A stretch of 64,000 nucleotides of DNA from a bacterium (GCA_963675755.2 CAXXMD010000002.1:992001-1056000), one strand, 5' to 3'; positions 40,364 through 50,760 are shown, counted from the first letter of the stretch. Program-made: numbers and translations. Notes: generated from the letters alone by a model not told the origin.

Positions 40364-41821
40364 TTACCCTTTAAGAATCATGTGAGATAATTTACTTTCA
40401 TTCGCAAAATCAACATCATCAGGTATAATTGAACCATTGCCCAAATAAGAGAGGGGCTTTTTCATCAAATTTGATACACCAATTACCGTACCAATTTTTT
40501 TAATTTTATCCAGATGTGTTAAAATAATTGCATTATAATCAGTTTTTGCGTATTGCTTTGAAATGCTCTTAAATTCATCAAAAGCCATTTCCATTGACAA
40601 TGTTAAATATACCTGAGATTTTTTTATTTCTTTTAAATAGCTTTTTAAAACTTGTAAATCAGAAACAGCAAAATCAATCACAACCTGATCTTTATCAGCA
40701 TGGACCTTGAGTGCATTTTTAAGGTCCTCAACCCCTGAAATTATTGCAATTGGGAGCTTTGTAGCCAATGAAAGTTGATTTAAATGCTGAATTGATTTCT
40801 TTTGCTCATCACTTACCAGTATCATAGCAACTTTTTTATTCTCAAATAAAGCTGTTTTTAAAGCAATTTTCATACTGGTTATGGTTTTCCCACTTTTTTC
40901 AGGACCAATTAATGAAATGATTTGTGGTCCTTCATTTTTAGGATTATAAACTTTGATATTTTTTTTCAACTCTTCAATAATCAAGGTTTTCAGCTCTTGG
41001 ATTTCGGAAGAAGAATCAAAATTCCACTTGTTATCGGTACATTTTTTCTCAACAGTGGCAACAATTTCTTCTGCAGTCGCTTTATCTACTCCCCTGTCAA
41101 TCAAACGTTTATTGATATTTTTATAAAAAGTTTTTAACGATTCATCATCCTGAACCGTTTGCGGCGCAGCATTTTGTTCCTGTTTTTGTTTTTTCAGCTC
41201 ATCAGCACGTTTTTTGAGTTCACTCAATTCCTGACGTAATATAGATTCTTTTAAATCTACCAATTGTTTTTTGAGTGAATCCAACTGTTTTTCATGTTCA
41301 ATCCAGATCTTGCGCTGCTCATGAGTGGTCTTTAATTCTTCTTTTAATAATTGAGAAAACTCTTTTGCTGTCTGGGTTGCTTCTTCAATCTGCTGAATGC
41401 GTTGTTTTTCCAATTCTTTGATAAAAGCATCATCAACTTTTGACTCAGCTTTAACTTTTTCCGGCTCTTTACCAGCTTTTTCATCGGGGGCTGGTTTTTC
41501 TTCGTTTTCTTTAACCAGACTATTAATATCAAATGAACCCGCTCTACTATAAGATTCAATCTCTCCGAGTGTAGGAGAAGATTTTCGGGGTTTGGTTTGA
41601 GGTTTCGGTTGCAATTTAGATCGCAACTCTTGATCTTTTTGGATCACTTCATCAAGCCAGGAGTTTCCGGTCTTTTGTTGTTCCTGATCACGGGCAGCAA
41701 TAACCTCAATGCCCTCTTTGGTTGTTCGGGTATTTAAAATCACTGCATCATCACCTAATTTTAGTTTAATTTTATCTAATGCTTCACGCATTGTTGCAGC
41801 TTTAATTCTCTCAACTCTCAT
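40364..41821 (-). CDS. flhF: FlhF (SRP-GTPase family; GTPase motifs degenerate)
   Basis: N-terminal ATMREALDKIKLKLGDDAVILNTR; P-loop GPEKSGKT; position between flhA and flhG. Confidence 0.85.
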   Translation of the reverse strand: MRVERIKAATMREALDKIKLKLGDDAVILNTRTTKEGIEVIAARDQEQQKTGNSWLDEVIQKDQELRSKLQPKPQTKPRKSSPTLGEIESYSRAGSFDINSLVKENEEKPAPDEKAGKEPEKVKAESKVDDAFIKELEKQRIQQIEEATQTAKEFSQLLKEELKTTHEQRKIWIEHEKQLDSLKKQLVDLKESILRQELSELKKRADELKKQKQEQNAAPQTVQDDESLKTFYKNINKRLIDRGVDKATAEEIVATVEKKCTDNKWNFDSSSEIQELKTLIIEELKKNIKVYNPKNEGPQIISLIGPEKSGKTITSMKIALKTALFENKKVAMILVSDEQKKSIQHLNQLSLATKLPIAIISGVEDLKNALKVHADKDQVVIDFAVSDLQVLKSYLKEIKKSQVYLTLSMEMAFDEFKSISKQYAKTDYNAIILTHLDKIKKIGTVIGVSNLMKKPLSYLGNGSIIPDDVDFANESKLSHMILKG

Positions 41822-43889
41822 TATTCAGACTCACAGTTCCTAGTGATTGAATTTCCACCTGTGCTGGTATTTCAGCAAAGGACAAAATAATTAAAGATTT
41901 AAAAATCGGTTCTATTAAGCGTCTCAAATAGGGTCTAAGTGTTGGTGATGTAATTACAATGGGCTGTTGGCCTTCATCTTCAAGCTTATTAATTGATCCG
42001 GACAAAACGGTTAACAACCTTTGCAATACTTCTGTAGACAGTGCAAAACCTAATCCCTGTGTATTCATAACACCAGCTTTTTTAGCTTCCTGAATTGCAT
42101 TATTTAATGTCATTTCAAGCCTTTGATCAAGTGTTAATGCACTAATTTTTCCTTCAATATCAAGATATTGCGCAACAATGCTTCTGCCCAATGCCTGTCT
42201 TACATGCTCGGTTAATAAATCAAGATCTTTGACAGTTGTAATATTGTCTGCAATGGTTGTCAAAATAGTTGCAAGGTCGCGAATAGAAACGCGTTCACTA
42301 AGCAGGTTCTTTAATATACGCTCAATGGAACCCATGCTTACCAGGCCGGGTATCACTTCATTAACCAGAGATGCCTGATCACGTTTCAAATTTTCAATCA
42401 GTTCATGTACATCCTGTCTTGTTAAAATCAAATCAGAATGTGATTTTAATACTTCTGCAAGATGAGTACCCAGTACTGCACCCGGAGCGACCAGAGTGTA
42501 ACCGGCAATCTCGGCTTTGTCTTTTTCTTCTCCCCTAACCCATACAGCAGGCAAACCAAATGCAGGTTCTTTAACTTTAACACCACCCAAGTCATCAATA
42601 TCGCCGCCAGGATTCAATGCAAGATAATGACCCAGCTTGAGTGTATTACTTGCAACTTCGTTACCTCGTATTAATATCATATATTCATTTGGCTTTAACT
42701 GCATATTATCACGAATACGTATAGGTGGAATCACTATCCCCAAATCCATTGCACATTGCTTTCGTATTTGCGTAATACGGGCTAATAAATCGCCATGTTG
42801 TTCAACATCTACAAGGGGTATTAAATTATATCCAATTTCAAGCTCTACAGCATCTACATGTAAATAATCTTGAATTTCTGCTTCTTTATCCACTTCAACA
42901 GGAGGTTCTTCTTCAACAACTTCTTCCTCTGGACGGGTTTTAATAACCCAGCCGATAGCTCCCAAACTTGCAGACATTAATGAAAATGGCAGAAAAGGCA
43001 GTCCTGGTGTAATTGCGAGAAACAACAATACTCCCGAAGCGATAAAAGCAACACGAGGATTAATGAACAATTGTGTTGAAAGGTCAACACCCAAACTCTC
43101 TTCAGAGGCTGAGCGGGTAACAATCATACCGGCTGCGGTTGAAATAATCAATGCGGGAATTTGAGAAACCAAACCATCACCCACTGTAAGCATGGTATAT
43201 GTAGCAAGTGATTCAGTAAAACTCATATCCAGTTGCACAATACCTACAATAAATCCACCAATAATGTTCAACGCAGTAATAATGATACCTGCAATTGCAT
43301 CACCTCGAACGAATTTGCTGGCACCGTCCATAGCACCATAAAAATCTGCTTCGCGTGAAATATCTTCTCTTCGTCTACGGGCTTCAGATTCTTCAATCAT
43401 ACCTGCATTCAGATCAGCATCAATACTCATCTGCTTACCTGGCATAGAATCAAGAGTAAATCTTGCTGCAACTTCTGCTACACGTCCCGCACCTTTGGTG
43501 ATAACAATAAAATTGATCAATACAAGGATAAGAAAGATTATAAAACCAACAACATAATTACCTTTTACTACAAAATCTCCAAATGCGGTAATAATTTTAC
43601 CTGCATATCCATCACCCAAAATCAAACGGGTAGTTGCCACATTTAAAGACAATCGAAATATAGTTATAATCAACAATAAACCCGGGAAAACTGAAAACTG
43701 CAAAGGCTTGGTGATATACATGGAAACGAGCAAAATAACTATAGCCAATGTAATATTTAACGCAAGCATCAAATCCATTAAAACCGTGGGAATTGGCATC
43801 AACATCACAATCAGAATACCAATAACACTGATTGCCATTGCAACATCACTATTTTTTGCTAAAAATGATAAATTAAAACCCTTGGGCAT
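41811..43889 (-). CDS. flhA: Export gate FlhA
   Basis: RVAEVAARFTLDSMPGKQMSIDADL, FYGAMDGASKFV. Confidence 0.98.
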   Translation of the reverse strand: MPKGFNLSFLAKNSDVAMAISVIGILIVMLMPIPTVLMDLMLALNITLAIVILLVSMYITKPLQFSVFPGLLLIITIFRLSLNVATTRLILGDGYAGKIITAFGDFVVKGNYVVGFIIFLILVLINFIVITKGAGRVAEVAARFTLDSMPGKQMSIDADLNAGMIEESEARRRREDISREADFYGAMDGASKFVRGDAIAGIIITALNIIGGFIVGIVQLDMSFTESLATYTMLTVGDGLVSQIPALIISTAAGMIVTRSASEESLGVDLSTQLFINPRVAFIASGVLLFLAITPGLPFLPFSLMSASLGAIGWVIKTRPEEEVVEEEPPVEVDKEAEIQDYLHVDAVELEIGYNLIPLVDVEQHGDLLARITQIRKQCAMDLGIVIPPIRIRDNMQLKPNEYMILIRGNEVASNTLKLGHYLALNPGGDIDDLGGVKVKEPAFGLPAVWVRGEEKDKAEIAGYTLVAPGAVLGTHLAEVLKSHSDLILTRQDVHELIENLKRDQASLVNEVIPGLVSMGSIERILKNLLSERVSIRDLATILTTIADNITTVKDLDLLTEHVRQALGRSIVAQYLDIEGKISALTLDQRLEMTLNNAIQEAKKAGVMNTQGLGFALSTEVLQRLLTVLSGSINKLEDEGQQPIVITSPTLRPYLRRLIEPIFKSLIILSFAEIPAQVEIQSLGTVSLNNES

Positions 43890-43901
43890 AAATTACTCCG
43901 T

Positions 43902-44966
43902 TCAAGCCTTTTTCTTCATTTGATATACTTGTGCCAGAATCTCAGCAACGACCTGGTACAATTCTACAGGTATTTCATGACCAACTTCAGCGGTCTTGTA
44001 CAATAAACGAGCTACAATCGGTTTTTCGATTATAGGAATATCATTTTCTTTTGCTATTTCTCTTATCTTTAATGCTATCTTGCGCATACCTTTAGCCACA
44101 ACAACAGGTGCCGACATTTTTTCAGAATCAAATCGAAGTGCAACAGCATAATGAGTCGGGTTGGTTATAACTACATCCGCAGTGGGCACATCACTCATCA
44201 TACGATTTCTTGCCTGCTCACGTTGTATTGCACGAATTCGGGATTTAACAAGCGGATCACCTTCAGACTGTTTCATTTCTTCTTTGATTTCCTGCTTGGT
44301 CATTCGCAGGTTTTTCTCATACTCATATTTCTGGTATGCAAAATCAAGAATGGCAAGAAGAATAAAAACCATACCCACTCTGAAAATCAATTTCAAACTA
44401 AGACTACCAATAAAAGCTGTAATCTGGCTGATATCCTGATTTACCAGTTTAAAGAATTCATCCATTTCACCTTTAATGGTTATATAACCCACTATGACAA
44501 TAATTGTCATCTTTAACACATTCTTTATCAATTCAATAAATGATCTTAAAGAAAAAAGGCGTTTGAATCCGGCTATAGGATCAATCTTTTCCAGTTTGGG
44601 TTCAATAGAATGTGTAGAGATAGTAACTCCTGATTGAATGACATTTGCTGCTACACCAGCAACCATAATGGTTAATAGAAAAGGACCCAAAATAAATGCA
44701 AATGCAAGACCAGCGTCTTGAGCCAGTTGCGGCATATTGTTAACAGTCAATTCCATTGTACCAAAATCTCTAAAAACACTTGAAATAAAAACTTTGATAC
44801 TGTTGAACATATGTTTGCCATAGATAACAAAACCCAATCCCGAGATCAACAAAATTACTGCCGAGTTGACCTCGTTACTTCGGGGAATATTTCCTTTTTC
44901 TCGCGCCTCCTGCTTTTTCTTAGGAGTCGCCTGCTCAGTACGTTCTTGAAAGGATTCTTCTGGCAT
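43902..44966 (-). CDS. flhB: Export switch FlhB
   Basis: ERTEQATPKK, EGDP, NPTH autocleavage site. Confidence 0.98.
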   Translation of the reverse strand: MPEESFQERTEQATPKKKQEAREKGNIPRSNEVNSAVILLISGLGFVIYGKHMFNSIKVFISSVFRDFGTMELTVNNMPQLAQDAGLAFAFILGPFLLTIMVAGVAANVIQSGVTISTHSIEPKLEKIDPIAGFKRLFSLRSFIELIKNVLKMTIIVIVGYITIKGEMDEFFKLVNQDISQITAFIGSLSLKLIFRVGMVFILLAILDFAYQKYEYEKNLRMTKQEIKEEMKQSEGDPLVKSRIRAIQREQARNRMMSDVPTADVVITNPTHYAVALRFDSEKMSAPVVVAKGMRKIALKIREIAKENDIPIIEKPIVARLLYKTAEVGHEIPVELYQVVAEILAQVYQMKKKA

Positions 44967-44979
44967 TAGCAGTCTCTAC

Positions 44980-45759
44980 TTAGTTTTGCATTAATCGCAT
45001 TAATTGTAAAAAATCAGTTTGAAATTTATGGTAAACACTGGTAAAAAAATACGCAAATAAAGGCAATGAAATTGCCATTGCGGCCAGACCCATTGCAATT
45101 TTTAAAGGCATACCTACAAAAAACACGTTCATCTGAGGTACAGCACGTGCAACCAGTCCTAACGCCACACTTGTTAATAATAACGAAACAATAATCGGTG
45201 CACCAATCTTGATAGCTGCAACAAAAATATCTGCAGCCACTGACATGTGCAAATCAACAATACCTACCCTAAAAGTTGCTGTAGAAGGAGGAATAACCTG
45301 AAAGCTTTTATACAAACCTTCTATTAGAAAATGATGTCCATCAATTGCTAAAAAAACCATCATGGCCAGGTAAAGATAAAATTGACCAACAATGGGAATT
45401 TGTCTGCTGGTTTGGGGATCATAAACATTTACAATACCAAAACCCATTTGCATAGACACCAATTGTCCCGCTAATTCAACGCAAGCAAAAATCATCGAGG
45501 CTAAAAATCCCAAAACCAGTCCTACCAGCACTTCTTTTACAAGTACAAAAATAATTTGTGCTACTATTTCCGGAACAACCATTTGTGATGAAATAACCAA
45601 CGGTGAAATAATTAATGACAATACCAGGCTGATACCAATTTTAGCTGGTGTAGGAATATACAACGAATTGAACACAGGAAATACGATCATTGCCGAAGAT
45701 ATTCTCAGCAATATCATCAAAAAGACTACGATTTCATTTTGTGTAATTCCTAATAACAT
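44980..45759 (-). CDS. fliR: FliR
   Basis: QMGFG, DGHH, RAVPQMNVFFVGMPLK. Confidence 0.96.
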   Translation of the reverse strand: MLLGITQNEIVVFLMILLRISSAMIVFPVFNSLYIPTPAKIGISLVLSLIISPLVISSQMVVPEIVAQIIFVLVKEVLVGLVLGFLASMIFACVELAGQLVSMQMGFGIVNVYDPQTSRQIPIVGQFYLYLAMMVFLAIDGHHFLIEGLYKSFQVIPPSTATFRVGIVDLHMSVAADIFVAAIKIGAPIIVSLLLTSVALGLVARAVPQMNVFFVGMPLKIAMGLAAMAISLPLFAYFFTSVYHKFQTDFLQLMRLMQN

Positions 45760-45767
45760 GGATATTC

Positions 45768-46037
45768 CTATTTACTAATCATGGGTATTGTTGTAAATAA
45801 ATTGCTGGTAAAACCGACAAACTTGCCAATCATCCAGGGCAATAAAATCAACATGGTAAATACAATTGCCAAGATCTTTGGGATGAATGTAAGTGTCATT
45901 TCATGAATTTGTGTTACAGCTTGTAAAATTGAAACAGCAAGACCTACCAGCAAACCTGCCAGTAACATGGGAGCCGCTATTATCAAAGTTGTCATAATGG
46001 CCTGATTGGCCAATTCCAATACCATTTCCTGGGTCAT
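45768..46037 (-). CDS. fliQ: FliQ
   Basis: QAVTQIHEMTLTFIPKI. Confidence 0.97.
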   Translation of the reverse strand: MTQEMVLELANQAIMTTLIIAAPMLLAGLLVGLAVSILQAVTQIHEMTLTFIPKILAIVFTMLILLPWMIGKFVGFTSNLFTTIPMISK

Positions 46038-46049
46038 TGTATATTCCTA

Positions 46050-46802
46050 TTATTTAAATCCTGTGATGATAGATTCTACTATCAAATACCATCCATCCAC
46101 AAGTACAAAAAGCAATAGTTTGAATGGTAGAGAGATAGATATAGGTGGTAACATCATCATACCCATTGACATCAGCACACTAGCTACAATCATATCTAAC
46201 ATGAGAAAAGGTATGAATAACAGAAAACCAATTTGAAAAGCAATTCTAAATTCACTGATAATAAATGAAGGTATTAAAACCTGTGTGGGTACATCCTCAA
46301 AATTCTCAGGTTTTGATAAATTTGCCATTTTCATAAACAAACCTAAATCTTTTTCACGGGTTTGTTTGAACATGAACAACCTCAAGGGCTCCATGGCTTT
46401 TTGATACGCTTCACCCTGGCTGATTTGCTGATCAAGATAAGGCTGCAGCGCATTCGTATTGATATCCTGCCAAACGGGGGCCATAATAAAAATGGTCAAA
46501 AACACTGCAAGACCAATCATCACCTGGGTTGGCGGAGCTTGTTGGGTTCCCAAAGCCTGTCTTAAAAAGGAAAAGACAATCATAACACGGGTAAATGAAG
46601 TAACCATGATCAATAATGCAGGTGCAAGTGAAAGCACCGTTAACAAGAGAATAATCTGCAAAGTTACAGCAACATCACCCGGATTCTGAGCCTGATCTAA
46701 ACCAATTGTCACCTTGGGAAGGGGTTGTGCATTGGCAAGTACCGGCAAGAGAAACATTGTGATCAATACCAGTACATATATATGTTTATTCTTGATTCGC
46801 AT
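46050..46802 (-). CDS. fliP: FliP
   Basis: TSFTR, ALGTQQAPP, MGMMMLPP, FVLVDGW. Confidence 0.98.
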   Translation of the reverse strand: MRIKNKHIYVLVLITMFLLPVLANAQPLPKVTIGLDQAQNPGDVAVTLQIILLLTVLSLAPALLIMVTSFTRVMIVFSFLRQALGTQQAPPTQVMIGLAVFLTIFIMAPVWQDINTNALQPYLDQQISQGEAYQKAMEPLRLFMFKQTREKDLGLFMKMANLSKPENFEDVPTQVLIPSFIISEFRIAFQIGFLLFIPFLMLDMIVASVLMSMGMMMLPPISISLPFKLLLFVLVDGWYLIVESIITGFK

Positions 46803-46803
46803 T

Positions 46804-47301
46804 TTAATGTTTTACCGATCCGCTTAGTTTCGACACTTGTTCTGAAAGGGTTTTAGAAAATGGTTTGGCCTTTTCTTTTTTCTCTGCCAGTTCTTTTTTT
46901 TCATCTTCACCGAGTTCAAGCAAAAGGTTTATACCTGTTTCTGAAGCACCAACAAGTATAACCCGATTCATCACTTGTACAAGATGTAATTGACGTTTGG
47001 GGCCAATAGAAAGAGAATCTTGAATTGACATATTGTGGTATTTGTAATATCCGGATTGGGTTTTAGACTGCAGCCACTTTAAACCATAAACAAATAAAAC
47101 AAGCAAAACAATTACAACAGCCAATGATAAAATGGTTTTAAACAGCAATGCTGCAAAATTGAGGTTCCCGGTAACCGGGGCAGATATGACTTTGGTACTG
47201 TCAGATTGAACTTGTGCCAAACCAACAGAATTAACCAATACCAGTAATATAGAAATAAAACTGGTCAAAAAGTAATTGACTCGTATTTTCATGTTTCCCA
47301 A
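46804..47301 (-). CDS. fliO: FliO/FliZ
   Basis: TM segment plus LSIGPKRQLHLVQV...ILVGASE; precedes fliP. Confidence 0.85.
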   Translation of the reverse strand: MGNMKIRVNYFLTSFISILLVLVNSVGLAQVQSDSTKVISAPVTGNLNFAALLFKTILSLAVVIVLLVLFVYGLKWLQSKTQSGYYKYHNMSIQDSLSIGPKRQLHLVQVMNRVILVGASETGINLLLELGEDEKKELAEKKEKAKPFSKTLSEQVSKLSGSVKH

Positions 47302-47320
47302 AAAGTTGTATTAATAAAAA

Positions 47321-48199
47321 TCAAACGCGCAAAGAAGCAAACCTGTCTCGTTTGGCAACCAGCGATGTAATTCTAACTGCAAAGTTCTGATCGATAACCA
47401 CAACTTCACCTTCAGCAAATTTTTTGTTATTTACATACACTTCTACCGGCTCACCTGCAAATTTGTTCAGCTCCACAATACTTCCAGGTCCTAATGCCAG
47501 CATGTCTTTAAGTGTCATCGTTACACGACCCAATTCTACGGTAACCAACAGTTCAAGGTCATGTATAAAATCAATAGATTGTTGTGCGTCAATATGTTCT
47601 TCCGCATCAGAAAAATCTTCAAAGTCTTCGCTTTCAACTCCACCATTCTCACCAGCTTGATCCTGATCGAAATATTCAGCCACGATGTCGGCAGGAATCA
47701 TACGGACCAGAGTAATGTTGTTTTTTTCTCCGATCTGCATTTTGTAAAAAGTGAGAATGCTTTCACTGAAAATCATATCTATTGAACCATCCCATGCTGA
47801 TAAAGCTGGGCTGTCAAATTCTACACCCTTTGATAGGACTTCATCAAAACATTGTTTTTTGATCATAGATAATTGCTCAGATACATCCATAATCATTTGC
47901 ATGGAATCCGGAATATTGGGCGGATTATCACCGTCGTCAGACAAATATCCCGTTAAATCAGGTAAAAGCTTACCATTTGCAAAATAAGTGAGTCCTTTAT
48001 CTTTACCGGGAATATTAAAATCCAACCGTAGTGATGGAATACCCACAGAGTTTTTTAAAAGCTCGGGATTAAATACCTTGGAATTTTCAACAACAATGCT
48101 GACTTTTTCATTAAAAATCGTTTCAAGCAGGTTTGATGCCTGATTGACAAATGCATTATCGAAACTTTCCAATGTTGTAAAAACAGCTTCCTGATTCAA
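47321..48199 (-). CDS. fliN: FliN with a degenerate N-terminal CheC-like domain (FliY-like)
   Basis: C-terminal SPOA domain VTVELGR...GEVVVIDQNFAVRIT; ~190-aa N-domain. Confidence 0.85.
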   Translation of the reverse strand: MNQEAVFTTLESFDNAFVNQASNLLETIFNEKVSIVVENSKVFNPELLKNSVGIPSLRLDFNIPGKDKGLTYFANGKLLPDLTGYLSDDGDNPPNIPDSMQMIMDVSEQLSMIKKQCFDEVLSKGVEFDSPALSAWDGSIDMIFSESILTFYKMQIGEKNNITLVRMIPADIVAEYFDQDQAGENGGVESEDFEDFSDAEEHIDAQQSIDFIHDLELLVTVELGRVTMTLKDMLALGPGSIVELNKFAGEPVEVYVNNKKFAEGEVVVIDQNFAVRITSLVAKRDRFASLRV

Positions 48200-48238
48200 A
48201 ACAGTCTCCTCGAAATTTGTTGCAAGTTCTTTTTGATA

Positions 48239-49138
48239 TTACTGTTGTGTAATATCAGTAACCACATCAGTTATTTTAATAGACTTGTGCTTGCTTCGAA
48301 CACCTGGCACGCCTCTAAATCTGACAGATCCATCAACCAGAACATCCAGTGGTTTTTTCACCCATTGATTCAAAACCATCAAATCACCTTCTTCAAGATT
48401 CATCAACTCTTTAAATTTCAATTTGGTTTTGCCGAGGTTGACAATAACCGGAAAGTCAGTTCGAAGAATCGTTTCCCGCATCTGCTCACGCTGGTAAACG
48501 GCAGCTTCCTGACTTTTAATTGAAATTGACCATTCCTTAATTGCTTTGAAAAAGGGACCCATCATGGGAATGGGTAAACAAATACTAAGCTGATGTCTGT
48601 CATTCTGCATGGTCACATCATATACAACCAATATTGTTGGTTCACTACGACCAACAACCTGCGCCATGTATGGATTGGTTTCAAAAGATTTAACTGTAGA
48701 TTCTACTGCAATCATGTTATACCATGCACGATCTAACATTTGCAGCATACGATCCAGAACACGCGTAATAATGTTTTTTTCAATGGCAGTATTTGGTCTT
48801 TCAAGTACCTTGGGAATTCCTAATCCGCCAAATAAACGGTCAATTATCAAAAAGATAAATGTTGGTGGAAGTTCAAAAATACCGGGTTGATCAGATTTAT
48901 TGGTTGTAAATATACAAAGTCCATCTGGCTCAGTACGTGAACCAATAAAATCACCAAACATAACTTCATCAATTCTTGACAATTGAACATCAGTTAGAGT
49001 TCTTAACAAGGTCGTAAAATATGCACCCAGCAGCTTGGCATATGCTTCATAAACCAATGATAGTGCAGACCGCTGTTCTTTTGTTAAGCGTCTGGGATGA
49101 CGAAAATCATATAACGATACCTTGACATTTTTACGCAT
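48239..49138 (-). CDS. fliM: Switch protein FliM (N-terminally short)
   Basis: YDFRHP, IIDRLFGGLG, ETNP, C-terminal SPOA domain; follows fliL. Confidence 0.92.
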   Translation of the reverse strand: MRKNVKVSLYDFRHPRRLTKEQRSALSLVYEAYAKLLGAYFTTLLRTLTDVQLSRIDEVMFGDFIGSRTEPDGLCIFTTNKSDQPGIFELPPTFIFLIIDRLFGGLGIPKVLERPNTAIEKNIITRVLDRMLQMLDRAWYNMIAVESTVKSFETNPYMAQVVGRSEPTILVVYDVTMQNDRHQLSICLPIPMMGPFFKAIKEWSISIKSQEAAVYQREQMRETILRTDFPVIVNLGKTKLKFKELMNLEEGDLMVLNQWVKKPLDVLVDGSVRFRGVPGVRSKHKSIKITDVVTDITQQ

Positions 49139-49189
49139 AGTTTTTCAGATCCTATATTTATACAGTTGCATAGAAACACATGAATCTTT

Positions 49190-49204
49190 ACAAACTATGT
49201 GCCA
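49190..49204 (-). promoter_or_regulatory. Putative sigma54 promoter for the fliM operon
   Basis: TGGCACATAGTTTGT with correct -24/-12 spacing, about 50 nt before fliM. Confidence 0.7.
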
Positions 49205-49286
49205 GTAAATCAACATAGAAAAAGATGTCGTAACTTTATAATTTACAACAAGAAAGATGTCGGAAGGATATTATAGAAAATAAACA

Positions 49287-49302
49287 GGGTAAAAATTTAC
49301 CC
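49287..49302. promoter_or_regulatory. Palindromic putative enhancer site
   Basis: GGGTAAA-AA-TTTACCC, about 83 nt upstream of the sigma54 motif. Confidence 0.6.
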
Positions 49303-49362
49303 AATTCTTGGGATTTCTTTCCTATAAAAATTTAAACTACTATCCCCCTAATAAACAGTAGA

Positions 49363-49965
49363 TTATTGGAATAAATATTTGGTAAAATAAACGCGTAAAA
49401 CCTTGACATCACCCATTACGGATTCAATTAATAATTTAATTTCTTCACGCAAATAAGGTCGGTTATCAATATCAGACAACCAAAGCACTGTTTTACGGGA
49501 AATGAGTGTATTGACCGCATCATTAATTGCCGGCAATTTTGCATCCCACTTGCTTTGTACATCTTTACCATTAATAACAAGGTTCATAGACATAACAATG
49601 TACCGGGTTCCTCGCGTTTGAGCAGGATTGATAATCAAGTCATCTAGTGTTAATGTTATTGCACCTTTTAATTCTTTTTCTGGTATTTCTTCTTCCAGAT
49701 AATCTGATAATTCATTATAAAATTCAGCTTCTTTAATAGAATCTGCTTCAGCAAGCGCGGCATCCTCTTCGCTTCCTAGTGTTTCACCGGAACCCTCACT
49801 TCCATCTCCCTCCTGGACATTTGAAACAACTAATCCACCACTATCTGCAGCGGGTTGAACAGGTTTACTGGGAGGTAATATATAAGTAACCAGACCATAA
49901 GCCAGCCCAATCTGCAATATTATGATTGCAGCAAAAATACCAATTTTAGGAAGATGCTCTTTCAT
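49363..49965 (-). CDS. fliL: FliL
   Basis: N-terminal TM, LIINPAQTRGTRY, VYFTKYLFQ. ATG at 49965 follows a GGAG RBS. Confidence 0.9.
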   Translation of the reverse strand: MKEHLPKIGIFAAIIILQIGLAYGLVTYILPPSKPVQPAADSGGLVVSNVQEGDGSEGSGETLGSEEDAALAEADSIKEAEFYNELSDYLEEEIPEKELKGAITLTLDDLIINPAQTRGTRYIVMSMNLVINGKDVQSKWDAKLPAINDAVNTLISRKTVLWLSDIDNRPYLREEIKLLIESVMGDVKVLRVYFTKYLFQ

Positions 49966-49989
49966 TAAAAATCTCCAATATTCCAAAAA

Positions 49990-50760
49990 CTATTTTAAAT
50001 AGTTTCTTGATTCTATCAACTCTTGTCCACTTAGATACATATAATTTAAATATATTTCCACTCGACGATTCTTTGCACGATGTTCGGGTGTATCATTCGG
50101 AGCAACCGGTTTATACTCGCTCCTACCGATAGCAATAATAGTTTTAGGATTAACTCCCATCTTGTCTACAAAAAACCTCAATACATTCAGTGCCCTTGCA
50201 GATGAAAGTTCCCAATTTGATCCATATTGAGGAGTATTAATAGGGACATTATCCGAATGCCCTTCAACAACAACATGATAATCATACAAAACTATCATCT
50301 TTCCAATTCTGGCCAATAAATCAAACGCACGTCCTTTTAGCTCTGCTTGACCAGGTTCAAAAAGCATGGTATTACCCAGACGAATGATTAAACCATCATC
50401 AACTTTTTCAACAGCTATCTGATCGCTATCTGCTTCTTCCATATAACTATTTTCAACTTGTTCCAGAAACTCGTCAATAGCATCATGAGCTGATATTGTT
50501 TCTTTCATATCCGGACGCGGGATCTGTTTAGGCATAATGCTTGAACCGGGTGCGTCTGTCAATGCACCTGTAGATCCTTGCAATGCACCCATGGCTTGAC
50601 GAAACTTTATAAGTTCTGTATTCGAAAAAGACACAATCAGGATAAAAAAGGTCAACAAAAGTGTCATCAAATCCGCAAAACTCGCCATCCAACCGGGAGC
50701 ACCTTCCTCAGCAGGTTTTTGCTTTTTAGGAGGAGGACATTTTGGGGCTTCATCACTCAT
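49990..50760 (-). CDS. motB: Stator B subunit (MotB/PomB type)
   Basis: WMASFADLMTLLLTFF; OmpA-like domain GHSD, NWELSSARA, NRRVEI. Confidence 0.96.
   Translation of the reverse strand: MSDEAPKCPPPKKQKPAEEGAPGWMASFADLMTLLLTFFILIVSFSNTELIKFRQAMGALQGSTGALTDAPGSSIMPKQIPRPDMKETISAHDAIDEFLEQVENSYMEEADSDQIAVEKVDDGLIIRLGNTMLFEPGQAELKGRAFDLLARIGKMIVLYDYHVVVEGHSDNVPINTPQYGSNWELSSARALNVLRFFVDKMGVNPKTIIAIGRSEYKPVAPNDTPEHRAKNRRVEIYLNYMYLSGQELIESRNYLK

Noticed and set aside
49139-49362. Possible frameshifted remnant of the FliM N-terminus
   Set aside because: No EIDAL-like peptide found by eye; the region is explained by promoter and enhancer motifs.
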